From: Bacteroidia bacterium
GTDB lineage: Bacteria > Bacteroidota > Bacteroidia > Flavobacteriales > Flavobacteriaceae
Length of the DNA: 64,000 nt
Reading direction: 5' to 3'
Assembly (NCBI GenBank): GCA_030429955.1
Contig: JAUIGO010000011.1
Location: forward strand, 3,690-67,689
Shown here: piece after piece, positions 18,117 through 27,520 of the stretch
How positions within the stretch are numbered: the stretch's first letter is position 1
Layout: the number at the start of each line of letters is the position of its first letter
Notes under the pieces: generated by a model
What the model was told of the DNA's origin: nothing
Database searches by the model: none
Seen by the model: the letters and a program-made list of their open reading frames with translations, nothing else
Position numbers and translations under genes: made by a program

Positions 18117-18484
18117 AAGCTTTTTGCTATAAATAGTCCAGCAAATACGGCAAGAAAAGCAATTATAAAACTACCAATGGTATATAAAGCAAAACTTGTA
18201 AAATCACCAGATTTTAAAAACACATGGTTTTCATAGGCAAAGGTTGAAAAGGTGGTAAAACCACCACAAAATCCAGTGGCTAAAAGAAGTGTTTGGTTTG
18301 AAGAAAGTGCATCATTTTTGGCCGCAAGCCCTAAAATAATTCCAATAATTAAACTTCCTAAAATATTGGCGGTAAAGGTTCCCCAAGGAATTCCAGTTTC
18401 TGTCGAGTTCATGTATTTGCCAATCAGAAACCGTAAAGCGCTACCAAAACCACCACCAATAAAAACGAGTAAGAATTGTTTCAT
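18113..18484 (-). CDS. crcB: fluoride ion channel CrcB/FluC
   Basis: 123 aa with 4 TM segments. Motifs GGGFGSALRF and GFCGGFTTFSTF. Confidence 0.9.
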   Translation of the reverse strand: MKQFLLVFIGGGFGSALRFLIGKYMNSTETGIPWGTFTANILGSLIIGIILGLAAKNDALSSNQTLLLATGFCGGFTTFSTFAYENHVFLKSGDFTSFALYTIGSFIIAFLAVFAGLFIAKSF

Positions 18485-18520
18485 GTTAATTTCCCCAGAA
18501 AATGGGACTCTTTTTTAGTG

Positions 18521-19552
18521 TTAGTTCTCCGTTTCAACAATAGGTATATAAATTTCAGTAATCCAATCTGCTGGATTAGGAAATTCGCCAGGATCGTTCG
18601 TGTAAATTTCAAAAGGTTTTTCTTCAGATTGCACTAAATTGTTATCTACAATATATTTTAAAGCAACGTCCCAAGCATCAGCTAAATAAGTATAATTCCC
18701 TTTTAAGGTTGTTTTTAATACTTTGGTTTTAGACATGAATCCAACAGAAATATCACTGTCTTCAGCAACTTCAATTTTCTGATTTACTGGAAGTCCGTTA
18801 CTCATAATCACAGTGCCATCTTCAGGGTTCATTTCGTTATAAATAGTTAAAGGCATACCAGCCATTGCAATATTGTTTTGCGTTATATAAGCCATTAAGC
18901 TGCCATATTGCTCTGCCATTTTTTGGCTGATGTTGGAGTCTTTTGCATTTGTGGTTTTATATAAGTAAAAGCCACCACCATATTCGGTAATGCCATTTAC
19001 GGTTATTTCATGTTTTTTTGTGCTTTCCACAACAAGACTATCCAATCGCTCTAAACCACGTTCAAAATCTGGACCAATCATGTTGTCAAATCCACCAGAG
19101 AACACAGCGTATAACTTAAAACCAAAAGGGACTTTTTCGCCTTTCATTATCCAAGTTACATTGGTTTTGCCATCTTGAGTCGGTTCAAAATTCCATGTTA
19201 CTTTTGAAGGTTCATAGTCATCAAATTGAAGAGATTGTTCAATATTATTTGGTCGAGTAGCAGCTAAGGTTTTCATGTTTCCTACGCCATCATCATCTTC
19301 CCAAGAGTAACTTCCACCAACACCTTTGGTTTGCTCAGGATAAGTAATTTTGGTGTCTGGTTTTTTTTCAATCCAAGACGACCAAGCTTCCCAATTTCTG
19401 AAATCAATAACATTGTCATAAATTACAGCTGTAGGAGCTTTAATAGTTCGTGTTCTAACAACTTCATAATGGTTTGGTTGAACAGCAACATAGATGGAGC
19501 AACCAATAAGTAGTATCATTAGTAAAAATAATATGAACTTGAAGGTTTTCAT
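18521..19552 (-). CDS. membrane-anchored SRPBCC domain plus GyrI-like (AraC effector-binding type) domain protein
   Basis: N-terminal TM segment, then an SRPBCC-like region (W..W..W pattern), then a C-terminal GyrI-like region ending PGEFPNPADWITEIYIPI. Confidence 0.6.
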   Translation of the reverse strand: MKTFKFILFLLMILLIGCSIYVAVQPNHYEVVRTRTIKAPTAVIYDNVIDFRNWEAWSSWIEKKPDTKITYPEQTKGVGGSYSWEDDDGVGNMKTLAATRPNNIEQSLQFDDYEPSKVTWNFEPTQDGKTNVTWIMKGEKVPFGFKLYAVFSGGFDNMIGPDFERGLERLDSLVVESTKKHEITVNGITEYGGGFYLYKTTNAKDSNISQKMAEQYGSLMAYITQNNIAMAGMPLTIYNEMNPEDGTVIMSNGLPVNQKIEVAEDSDISVGFMSKTKVLKTTLKGNYTYLADAWDVALKYIVDNNLVQSEEKPFEIYTNDPGEFPNPADWITEIYIPIVETEN

Positions 19553-19571
19553 GTTTTTTAGCGATTTCTTT

Positions 19572-19579
19572 CAAAGATA
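19572..19579 (-). promoter_or_regulatory. -7 promoter box (TATCTTTG on the minus strand) for the 18521-19552/crcB unit
   Basis: Plus-strand caaagata lies 19 nt upstream of the start at 19552. Confidence 0.5.
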
Positions 19580-19682
19580 AGTATTTTGTTTCCCTTTGGA
19601 AAGTACCAAATAAATTAATTGAACATTTAATAATTTGATGAAATAGTATTAATTTCGAAACCTTATACCTAAAACAACAAAA

Positions 19683-21782
19683 ATGAAATTTAAAGTATTT
19701 ATAGCAACATTTTTAATTGCTGGAATGATGTGGTCTTGTAAGACTGAAACAGCAGAAAAAGAAGGATTTAAAGAGGATCTTATTGAAATTTCCAATGATG
19801 ATTTTCCTTTTATGTTGGAGCAATTCGCAGATTTAAAAATCTTGCGTTATCAAATTCCTGGTTGGGAAGAGTTAACACTAAAAGAACAAAAATTGGTGTA
19901 TTATTTAGTTGAAGCTGGTTTGTCTGGACGTGATATTATGTGGAATATGAATTACAGACACAATCTAAAAATCAGAAATGCCTTGGAAAATGTTTACACT
20001 GATTATGAAGGCAAGAAAGAAACAGATGAGTGGAAAGCCTTTGAAGTATATTTAAAACGTGTGTGGTTCAGTAACGGAATTCATCATCATTATTCAAACG
20101 ATAAAATTAGGCCAGAATTTTCGCAAGACTATTTAAAAACTTTACTGGCAGAAACCAATACAACCCTTGAAGGTGAAGCTTTTGACGTTATTTTTAACGA
20201 TAAGGATGCCAAAAAAGTAAATCAAGCAAAAGGTGTTGATAATGTCTTGGAAAGTGCTGTGAATTTTTATGGACCAAATGTGACTACAGCTGATGTTGAA
20301 GCGTTTTATTTAGATATTAAAAACACTGATCCTGATATGCCAAATGCTGAAGGTGATGTTTTTAAGGACGATAAAAAAATAGATAAAGACAGACCATTGT
20401 CTTATGGGTTAAACTCTATGTTGGTAAAAGAAGATGGTGAATTGAAAGAGCGTGTTTACAAATCTGGAGGTTTGTATGGCGAAGCCATTGATGAAATTAT
20501 CAAATGGCTTGAATTAGCAAAAGGCGTAGCTGAAAACAAAGCGCAAGGCGATGCCATTGGTTTATTAATTGAGTATTACAAAACCGGAAGCTTGCAAACT
20601 TGGGATGATTACAACGTAGCTTGGACTGCTGCAACCGAAGGTAATATAGACTACATTAACAGTTTTATTGAAGTGTATAACGATCCTGTTGGTTATAGAG
20701 GTTCGTATGAATCTATTGTGCAAATCAAAGATTTTGATATGTCAGCCAAAATGGCTGTATTATCAGAAAATGCACAATGGTTTGAAGATAATTCACCTTT
20801 AATTGAGTCTCATAAAAAGAAAAATGTTGTAGGTGTGAGTTATAAAACGGTTAATGTAGCAGGAGAAGCTGGCGACGCTTCACCAAGTACACCAATTGGA
20901 GTGAACTTACCAAATGCCAATTGGATTCGTAAAGAAGTAGGAAGTAAATCTGTGTCCTTAGGAAATATTATTCATGCCTATAATAATGCTGGAAGTAGTG
21001 GTCGCTTAAAAGAATTTGTTCATGATGACGAAGAGTATGAATTGGAAGAAAAATATGGTCAACTTGCAGATAAGCTACATACTGCTTTACACGAAGTAGT
21101 TGGTCATGCGTCAGGACAATTAAATCCTGGAGTTGGTGAAACCAAAGAAACCCTTAAAACCTATGCTTCAACCTTAGAAGAAGGTCGTGCGGATTTATTA
21201 GGATTGTATTATTTATACGATTCAAAACTACAAGAATTAGGTTTGGTTGATGATTGGGAAGCTGTTGGAAAAGCGGCTTATGATGGTTACATTAGAAATG
21301 GTTTAATGACACAATTAATTAGATTGAAATTAGGTGACGATGTTGAAGAAGCTCACATGAGAAACCGTCAATGGGTAAGTGCTTGGGTTTTTGAAAAAGG
21401 AAAAGCAGATAATGTGATAGAAAAGGTGACTCGTAATGGAAAAACCTATTTCAATATTAATGATTATGCTAAACTGCGTGAGTTGTTTGGGCAATTGCTT
21501 CGTGAAACACAACGCATCAAATCTGAAGGTGATTTTGAAGCTGTTCAGGCTTTGGTTGAAGATTATGGTGTAAAGGTAGATCAAGGTTTGCATGCTGAGG
21601 TTTTAAAGCGTAATGAGCAATTCACATCAGCACCTTACAGTGGTTTTGTAAACCCTGTTTTAGTGCCTGAAACCAATGACGCTGGTGAAATTACAGCTAT
21701 AAAAGTGATGCATGCAGCGAGTTTTGAAAACCAAATGTTAAGCTACGCTAATAAATACGGCTTTTTGCCAGAAGAGAACTAA
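19683..21782 (+). CDS. M49-family (dipeptidyl-peptidase III-like) zinc peptidase, lipoprotein
   Basis: Motifs HEVVGH and EEGRADLLGLYY match the M49 HExxGH / EExxAE pattern. Lipobox MWSC. Confidence 0.8.
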   Translation: MKFKVFIATFLIAGMMWSCKTETAEKEGFKEDLIEISNDDFPFMLEQFADLKILRYQIPGWEELTLKEQKLVYYLVEAGLSGRDIMWNMNYRHNLKIRNALENVYTDYEGKKETDEWKAFEVYLKRVWFSNGIHHHYSNDKIRPEFSQDYLKTLLAETNTTLEGEAFDVIFNDKDAKKVNQAKGVDNVLESAVNFYGPNVTTADVEAFYLDIKNTDPDMPNAEGDVFKDDKKIDKDRPLSYGLNSMLVKEDGELKERVYKSGGLYGEAIDEIIKWLELAKGVAENKAQGDAIGLLIEYYKTGSLQTWDDYNVAWTAATEGNIDYINSFIEVYNDPVGYRGSYESIVQIKDFDMSAKMAVLSENAQWFEDNSPLIESHKKKNVVGVSYKTVNVAGEAGDASPSTPIGVNLPNANWIRKEVGSKSVSLGNIIHAYNNAGSSGRLKEFVHDDEEYELEEKYGQLADKLHTALHEVVGHASGQLNPGVGETKETLKTYASTLEEGRADLLGLYYLYDSKLQELGLVDDWEAVGKAAYDGYIRNGLMTQLIRLKLGDDVEEAHMRNRQWVSAWVFEKGKADNVIEKVTRNGKTYFNINDYAKLRELFGQLLRETQRIKSEGDFEAVQALVEDYGVKVDQGLHAEVLKRNEQFTSAPYSGFVNPVLVPETNDAGEITAIKVMHAASFENQMLSYANKYGFLPEEN

Positions 21783-21804
21783 GAGTTTAAAATTCTGAAA
21801 TTGT

Positions 21805-21840
21805 AAAAGCAGAAATCAAATTAAGGTTTCTGCTTTTTGT
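21805..21840 (+). terminator. intrinsic terminator after the M49 peptidase gene
   Basis: aaaagcagaaa ... tttctgcttttt forms a stem followed by a T-run. Confidence 0.75.
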
Positions 21841-21958
21841 TTATGCTGAATTTCAATAACGCTAAATTAAACAGAATTAATGCAAATATGATGTAAACTA
21901 TAAACATGATGTTATCATGGTTTTATTTTACATCGAAGTAATTTTTAATTGTCATCAA

Positions 21959-22144
21959 TCAACCCAAAACAAACTTAATGGCAACTATAAACAGTAAAAA
22001 AGCTATAAACCCAATCAATACCCAGATACTACCTTTGTAATACTTTCTATGAAGTTTTATGTCTTTTCTATAAGCATAAACTAAAAATATGATAAAGGCA
22101 ATAGCAAAAAGAATTGCAAAAATTATCTGACCGTTACTGAACAT
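21959..22144 (-). CDS. small two-TM membrane protein
   Basis: 61 aa with two clear hydrophobic segments separated by a basic loop (RKDIKLHRKYYKG). Confidence 0.45.
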   Translation of the reverse strand: MFSNGQIIFAILFAIAFIIFLVYAYRKDIKLHRKYYKGSIWVLIGFIAFLLFIVAIKFVLG

Positions 22145-22221
22145 ATTTGTTTATTTTTATGCGAATTTAAGAAAATAAAAAGGGACATTCCCGTTTTACG
22201 GAAGCGAAAATTAAAATTTCA

Positions 22222-22608
22222 ATGAAGCAAAAGATAGAAGCTGTAAAAGCATTTCATGATGCCTTTAAAATAGGATACAGAGAAACACCAAAAGCCGATT
22301 TAGGCACAGAAAAAAATATGTTACGTTATAAATTGATGCGTGAAGAAAATGAAGAATACCTTGATGCTGCTAATGATAACGATTTGGTTGAAGTGGCAGA
22401 TGCTTTAGGAGATATGTTGTACATACTTTGCGGAACAATCATAGAACATGGCTTACAACACAAAATAGAAGAGGTGTTCAACGAAATTCAGCGTAGTAAT
22501 ATGAGTAAATTGGGAGACGATGGTCAGCCCATTTACAGAGAAGATGGTAAAGTGCTTAAAGGTCCAAATTATTTTAAACCACACATTAAAGAAATATTAG
22601 ATAAATAA
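22222..22608 (+). CDS. MazG-like nucleoside triphosphate pyrophosphohydrolase family protein
   Basis: All-alpha 128 aa protein with an EExxE-type metal motif (MREENEEYLDA ... EVADALGDMLYILCG). Confidence 0.7.
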   Translation: MKQKIEAVKAFHDAFKIGYRETPKADLGTEKNMLRYKLMREENEEYLDAANDNDLVEVADALGDMLYILCGTIIEHGLQHKIEEVFNEIQRSNMSKLGDDGQPIYREDGKVLKGPNYFKPHIKEILDK

Positions 22609-22640
22609 AAAAAGGAGCCAAAAGGCTCCTTTTTTTATTT
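22608..22640. terminator. bidirectional intrinsic terminator between convergent genes
   Basis: aaaaaaaggagcc aaaa ggctccttttttt has an A-run and a T-run flanking a GC-containing stem. Confidence 0.8.
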
Positions 22641-22659
22641 TCGGTCTTCAAACTTCAGA

Positions 22660-23727
22660 CTATATTTTTACTCTCCAACCAAATGAGTCTTCAGCTTTAT
22701 TGGTTTGTATATCAGTTATTCTCTTTTTTAATTTACCAGCATAAGTGTTTTCCAATTCTGGCAAATCGTAATCGGTATCTCGATACCCGAAAGTAGAAAT
22801 AGGAGACACTACAGCTGCAGTTCCTGCTCCAAACATTTCTTTCAAACTCCCATTTTTAGCAGCTTCAACAAGTTCTTTAACTGAGATTTTTCGTTCCTCA
22901 ACAGTAATGCCTTCGTCTTTTGCTATTTGTATAATACTTTTTCGTGTAATGCCATCCAGAATCCTATCGCTTACAGGAGCAGTAACCAATATGTCGTTAA
23001 TTCTCACAAATATGTTCATGGCACCAGCTTCTTCAATATATTCATGCGACGTATCGTCTGTCCAAACCACTTGGTTATACCCTTTTTTAACAGCCAATTG
23101 GGTTGGGTAAAATTGTCCAGCGTAATTACCTCCAGCTTTGGCAAAACCAACACCACCATTTGCAGAGCGCGAATAGGTTTCTTCAATCAGTACTTTTACT
23201 TTTCCAGCAAAATAAGCACCAGAAGGAGCAGTGGCAATAATAAATTTATAGGATGTTGCTGGTGAGGCATGAAACCCTTTTCCTGTTGCAAAAATAAACG
23301 GTCTAATGTAAAGCGAACTTCCTTCCTTGCTCGGAATCCAATCTCTGTCAACTTCCAGTAATTTTTTTAAACCTTCCATAAAATAAGCTTCAGGTAATTC
23401 AGGAATTGCCATACGTTTAGATGAAATATTCAAACGTTTACAATTATCTTCTGGTCTAAATAAAAACACATCGCCTTGAGCATCTTTATAGGCTTTTAAA
23501 CCTTCAAAAACCGATTGACCGTAATGAAAAATTTTAGATGATGGATCTAATGAGATCGCTTGATAAGGTATTATTTTAGGAACACTCCATTCGCCGTTTT
23601 CATAATCGGAAACGAGCATGTGATCTGAAAACGTGCTTCCAAAACTCAAGTTGTTAAAATCTACATCATTAATTTTTGAAGCTTTTATATGTGTAACTTC
23701 AATCAAATCTTTTAGGTTTTCTGTCAT
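22660..23727 (-). CDS. ilvE: branched-chain amino acid aminotransferase
   Basis: 355 aa. Class IV aminotransferase motifs FEGLKAY, YIRP and GGVGFAKAGGNYA. Confidence 0.9.
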   Translation of the reverse strand: MTENLKDLIEVTHIKASKINDVDFNNLSFGSTFSDHMLVSDYENGEWSVPKIIPYQAISLDPSSKIFHYGQSVFEGLKAYKDAQGDVFLFRPEDNCKRLNISSKRMAIPELPEAYFMEGLKKLLEVDRDWIPSKEGSSLYIRPFIFATGKGFHASPATSYKFIIATAPSGAYFAGKVKVLIEETYSRSANGGVGFAKAGGNYAGQFYPTQLAVKKGYNQVVWTDDTSHEYIEEAGAMNIFVRINDILVTAPVSDRILDGITRKSIIQIAKDEGITVEERKISVKELVEAAKNGSLKEMFGAGTAAVVSPISTFGYRDTDYDLPELENTYAGKLKKRITDIQTNKAEDSFGWRVKI

Positions 23728-23746
23728 GGTAACTGGCTTTAAGGCA

Positions 23747-23754
23747 CAAAATTA
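23747..23754 (-). promoter_or_regulatory. -7 promoter box (TAATTTTG on the minus strand) for ilvE
   Basis: Plus-strand caaaatta lies 19 nt upstream of the start at 23727. Confidence 0.5.
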
Positions 23755-23799
23755 CATAATAATTACTCATATTAACAGAATCTTACCTTAAAAAAATAT

Positions 23800-23807
23800 T
23801 ATCTTTG
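23800..23807 (+). promoter_or_regulatory. -7 promoter box TATCTTTG
   Basis: Matches TAnnTTTG, 35 nt upstream of the ATG at 23843. It is part of a 21-nt block identical to the argS promoter region. Confidence 0.5.
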
Positions 23808-23842
23808 CAGCTTAAAATTATCATTTTAAAATTTTAGGTATT

Positions 23843-24349
23843 ATGAAAAAAATATTGTTTGTATTACTTGTGGCGACTGTAATGATTGCTTGTAAAAACG
23901 AAACCAAAACAGAAGAAACTACCCAAGAAATCCAAGAAACTCAAGACATGGCTTATGCTTCTTTTGGAGATAATATTGAAGCTGAGGGCGCAATTTCTGC
24001 ATCAGAAATGGTTGAACGCTTTAATGCACTTACTATTGGTGACACTATTACTGCAAAAGTATCAGCAAAAATTAACGAAGTTTGTCAAATGAAAGGTTGT
24101 TGGATGAAGTTAGATCTTGGTAATGACCAAGACGTCATGGTAACTTTTAAAGATTACGGTTTTTTTATGCCATTAAATGCTGAAGGTGAAGTCATTATTA
24201 ATGGTAAAGCGTTTTTAAAAGAAACTTCTGTTGACGATTTACGTCACTATGCTGAAGACGCTGGAAAATCAGCCGAAGAAATTGCAGCAATCACGCAACC
24301 AGAAAAAACATTTGCTTTTGAAGCTGATGGTGTACTATTGAAACAATAA
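23843..24349 (+). CDS. DUF4920-like lipoprotein
   Basis: Lipobox MIACK. Conserved CQMKGCWM motif (family assignment from memory). Confidence 0.6.
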   Translation: MKKILFVLLVATVMIACKNETKTEETTQEIQETQDMAYASFGDNIEAEGAISASEMVERFNALTIGDTITAKVSAKINEVCQMKGCWMKLDLGNDQDVMVTFKDYGFFMPLNAEGEVIINGKAFLKETSVDDLRHYAEDAGKSAEEIAAITQPEKTFAFEADGVLLKQ

Positions 24350-24351
24350 AA

Positions 24352-24777
24352 ATGCGATTTAATTATTTGTTTATATGCTTAACCTTGGTTTTTCTTGGAT
24401 GCAAAGAATCTCAAGAAGAACCAAAGGAAAAGCAAGCTTTAATCATGGCAGAAAGGTCAGAAATGGCTCTGCTTATGAACGAGATGTATGCTTTTAACGA
24501 AAGCATAAAACAACAAATACTAGATGGTACTTTAAGTACAAGTTATCCTGAAAAATTTGATAATATTCATTCTGCAGTTTTAACAAACCCTTCTGCAAGG
24601 GATTTGAATTTCGAATCATTTTCTAAACTATTTCTTGAAGCGCAAAAAGAGCTTTTTGAATCTCCAAAAGAGGAGCTGATAACACGTTATAACAATGCCA
24701 TCAATGCTTGCATTTCTTGCCATAACGTAAAGTGTGTTGGCCCAATTCCTAGAATAAAAAAGTTACTAATAGAGTAA
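24352..24777 (+). CDS. lipoprotein with a single CxxCH motif (possible c-type haem site)
   Basis: Lipobox FLGCK. CISCH lies near the C-terminus. Confidence 0.5.
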   Translation: MRFNYLFICLTLVFLGCKESQEEPKEKQALIMAERSEMALLMNEMYAFNESIKQQILDGTLSTSYPEKFDNIHSAVLTNPSARDLNFESFSKLFLEAQKELFESPKEELITRYNNAINACISCHNVKCVGPIPRIKKLLIE

Positions 24778-24779
24778 TT

Positions 24780-25490
24780 TTGAAACGCAAAATCATTACC
24801 ACTACAGACGGTTCTAAAACCATTCAGATTGAAGATTGGAACGAGCAGTACCACTCCAAACATGGAGCTATCCAAGAAGCACAACATGTGTTTATAAAAG
24901 AAGGACTCATTTATTTTTTAAACAAGTGTCACCTTGAATCTTCCGACCGCACTCAGGATAAACTCCACCGAAAGGTCTCAGTTGATATTCTAGAAATTGG
25001 CTTTGGTACAGGGCTTAATGCTTTTTTAACCTTGCTCGAGGCTGATGCTTTAAATATAAAAATCAACTATGTTGGTGCTGAAGCTTACCCTGTTTCTATA
25101 GATGAAATCAATCAACTGAATTATGTAGAGTTGATTTCAGCAGAAAACCAAACTGTTTTTAATGAACTCCATAAAGTATCTTGGGAAAAGGAACATGAAA
25201 TTGCATCAAATTTCAAACTTCAAAAGCGTCAGCAATTCTTTTCAGATATAACAGATACCAATGCTTTTGATCTTATTTATTTTGATGCCTTTGGAGCCAG
25301 AGTACAACCAGAGCTTTGGTCAAAATCTATATTTAAAGCTATGCACAACGCTTTAAAACCAAATGGTATATTGGTTACTTATGCAGCTATTGGCGAAGTA
25401 AAACGCAATATGCAAGCCTTAGGTTTTACTGTTGAAAGGCTAAAAGGTCCTCCTGGAAAACGACACATGTTAAGAGCAACCAAAAAATAA
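24780..25490 (+). CDS. mnmD: tRNA mnm5s2U34 methyltransferase MnmD-like (stand-alone MnmC methyltransferase domain)
   Basis: TTG start. N-terminal TTDGSKTIQI..W.E.YHSKHGAIQE and SAM motif ILEIGFGTGLNAF, then YFDAF. Confidence 0.7.
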   Translation: MKRKIITTTDGSKTIQIEDWNEQYHSKHGAIQEAQHVFIKEGLIYFLNKCHLESSDRTQDKLHRKVSVDILEIGFGTGLNAFLTLLEADALNIKINYVGAEAYPVSIDEINQLNYVELISAENQTVFNELHKVSWEKEHEIASNFKLQKRQQFFSDITDTNAFDLIYFDAFGARVQPELWSKSIFKAMHNALKPNGILVTYAAIGEVKRNMQALGFTVERLKGPPGKRHMLRATKK

Positions 25491-25544
25491 GATAATTTAC
25501 TGTTAAACCTTCGTCAATCATAAGTTATTGGTTGCTTCGTTTTG

Positions 25545-25552
25545 TAAATTTG
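25545..25552 (+). promoter_or_regulatory. -7 promoter box TAAATTTG only 4 nt before the ATG (leaderless candidate)
   Basis: Matches TAnnTTTG. The ATG is at 25557. Confidence 0.4.
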
Positions 25553-25556
25553 CACT

Positions 25557-26462
25557 ATGCAAAGAATCTTAATTACAGGAGCAACAGGTTTGGTAGGTCA
25601 AGAAATTGTAAAGCAATGTCATGACCAAAACATAGCTGTTAATTATTTGTCTACGTCCAAATCTAAACTAGAAAATAAATCTAATTACAAAGGCTTTTAT
25701 TGGAATCCTAGTTCTGGTGAAATTGATGTGAATTGCTTTAAAGGTATTGATGTTATAATTAATTTGGCAGGAGCTTCTATAGCACAACGTTGGACAAAAT
25801 CATACAAAGAAGAGATACTAAAAAGTAGAGTAGAGGCTTTGCAATTGCTTTATAAAACAATTGAAACCGAAAATCTATCCATTAAACATCTTGTGTCTGC
25901 TAGTGCTATTGGTATTTATCCAGACTCATTAACGCATTATTACGAAGAAGATTTTAATGATTTTGATGATGGGTTTTTAGCAAGCGTAGTTTCTTCTTGG
26001 GAACGTGAAGCAAATCACTTTAAGAGCCTAAATATTAAAGTATCTAAAATCAGAATTGGTATTGTGCTTTCTAATAAAGGAGGTGCTTTGCCAAAATTGG
26101 CTAAACCAATACAATGGTTTGTAGGTAGTGCTTTAGGAAGTGGCAACCAATGGCAATCATGGATTCATATTGAAGATTTGGCAGCTATCTTTATGTATGT
26201 GGTAAACCATACATTAGAAGGTGCTTTTAATGCAGTTGCACCAAATGCAGTACCTCAAAAAGAGGTGGTAAAAAGTATTGGCAAAGTTGTAAAGCGCCCC
26301 ATTTTGTTACCAGCAGTGCCTAGTTTTGTGTTGAAGTTGGTATTGGGAGATATGAGTGCTTTAGTATTAGAAAGCCAACGAGTGAGTTCTAATAAAATAG
26401 AGGGTTTAGGTTATTCTTTTAAATATTATCAACTAAAACCTGCACTTGATGACTTGTTGTAA
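25557..26462 (+). CDS. TIGR01777/YfcH-like NAD-dependent epimerase-family protein
   Basis: Rossmann motif ILITGATGLVGQ at the N-terminus. The C-terminal region looks DUF1731-like. Confidence 0.8.
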   Translation: MQRILITGATGLVGQEIVKQCHDQNIAVNYLSTSKSKLENKSNYKGFYWNPSSGEIDVNCFKGIDVIINLAGASIAQRWTKSYKEEILKSRVEALQLLYKTIETENLSIKHLVSASAIGIYPDSLTHYYEEDFNDFDDGFLASVVSSWEREANHFKSLNIKVSKIRIGIVLSNKGGALPKLAKPIQWFVGSALGSGNQWQSWIHIEDLAAIFMYVVNHTLEGAFNAVAPNAVPQKEVVKSIGKVVKRPILLPAVPSFVLKLVLGDMSALVLESQRVSSNKIEGLGYSFKYYQLKPALDDLL

Positions 26463-26502
26463 TTTTTTGGTAAAGTCAAGTATGGTTCATGTATAAATTG
26501 AT

Positions 26503-26510
26503 TAATTTTG
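26503..26510 (+). promoter_or_regulatory. -7 promoter box TAATTTTG
   Basis: Matches TAnnTTTG, 20 nt upstream of the ATG at 26531. Confidence 0.5.
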
Positions 26511-26530
26511 CAACTTAAATATTTAAATAA

Positions 26531-27466
26531 ATGCAACAAACAACCAATACCATTTTAATGGTTCGTCCTACTAGTTTTAGAGCCAATGAGCAAACAGCTG
26601 TAAACAATCATTATCAAAAAGAAATGGATGATGTGGCGCAAGTCACTTTGCAAGCAAAAGCGAATGAAGAGTTTGATGCTTTTGTTGAAAAGCTTAAAGG
26701 TATTGGTGTAAATGTGGTTGTGTTTGAAGCTAAAGATGGTTTAGATACTCCAGATGCTCATTTTCCGAATAACTGGATTTCCTTTCATGAAAATGGCGTT
26801 GTTGGCTTGTACCCAATGTTTGCAGAAAACAGACGTGCTGAACGCCGTGAAGAGGTTTTATTTCAATTGGAAGATGAAGGCTTTCAGATTGCACATATAA
26901 TGGACTACAGAGATGCTGAAGACGAAGGTATGTTTCTTGAAGGTACAGGAGCTTTATTGCTGGATCGTGTGAATAGAAAAGCGTATTGTGCTTTGTCAGA
27001 AAGAGCACATGAAGAATTGTTTATAGAGTTTTGTGAAGATTTTGAATTCACTCCAGTTATTTTTACAGCGAATCAAACTGTTGATGGGGAACGTACTCCA
27101 ATATATCACACCAATGTGATGATGTGTTTGGGCGAAACCTTTGCTGTGATTTGCTTATCAAGTATTGACGATAAAAAAGAACGCAAAAATGTCATTAAAC
27201 ACCTTAAAGGAGATGGTAAAGAAATTATTGACATCACAGAAAAGCAAGTCAATAGTTTTGCAGGCAATATGCTGCAGGTAAGAGGTAAAGACGACAAACG
27301 CTACCTAATCATGAGCCAAGCTGCTTACGATGCATTAACTCCAGCTCAAATACAAACTTTAAAAAAGCATACAGACATTTTATCGAGTTCGCTTAATATT
27401 ATCGAAGCTTGTGGTGGCGGAAGTGCTCGTTGCATGATGGCTGAGGTATTTTTGCCAAAAGCTTAA
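26531..27466 (+). CDS. amidinotransferase/arginine-deiminase-superfamily protein (CtlX-like)
   Basis: 311 aa with the C-terminal catalytic-Cys motif GGGSARCMMAE. Confidence 0.7.
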   Translation: MQQTTNTILMVRPTSFRANEQTAVNNHYQKEMDDVAQVTLQAKANEEFDAFVEKLKGIGVNVVVFEAKDGLDTPDAHFPNNWISFHENGVVGLYPMFAENRRAERREEVLFQLEDEGFQIAHIMDYRDAEDEGMFLEGTGALLLDRVNRKAYCALSERAHEELFIEFCEDFEFTPVIFTANQTVDGERTPIYHTNVMMCLGETFAVICLSSIDDKKERKNVIKHLKGDGKEIIDITEKQVNSFAGNMLQVRGKDDKRYLIMSQAAYDALTPAQIQTLKKHTDILSSSLNIIEACGGGSARCMMAEVFLPKA

Positions 27467-27520
27467 GGTTACTAATTAAAATCCTATATTGAGCTATATT
27501 ATCCATAACACTGTAGCTCA

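Noticed and set aside
18485-18520. Looked for a fluoride riboswitch upstream of crcB (also in 19553-19682)
   Set aside because: The gap before crcB is only 36 nt. The upstream leader is about 19 nt from a -7 box at 19572-19579. I saw no match to the conserved crcB-motif core, so crcB appears co-transcribed with the SRPBCC/GyrI-like gene without a riboswitch.
21821-21907. 28-codon minus-strand sORF (MFIVYIIFALILFNLALLKFSINKKQKP) downstream of the small membrane protein gene
   Set aside because: It is hydrophobic, as expected from T-rich DNA. It has no promoter box and it runs into the terminator hairpin of the convergent gene. There is no independent support.
22907-23265. Plus-strand ORFs of 67 and 112 aa inside ilvE
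   Set aside because: They are antisense to a conserved aminotransferase CDS and have no motifs.
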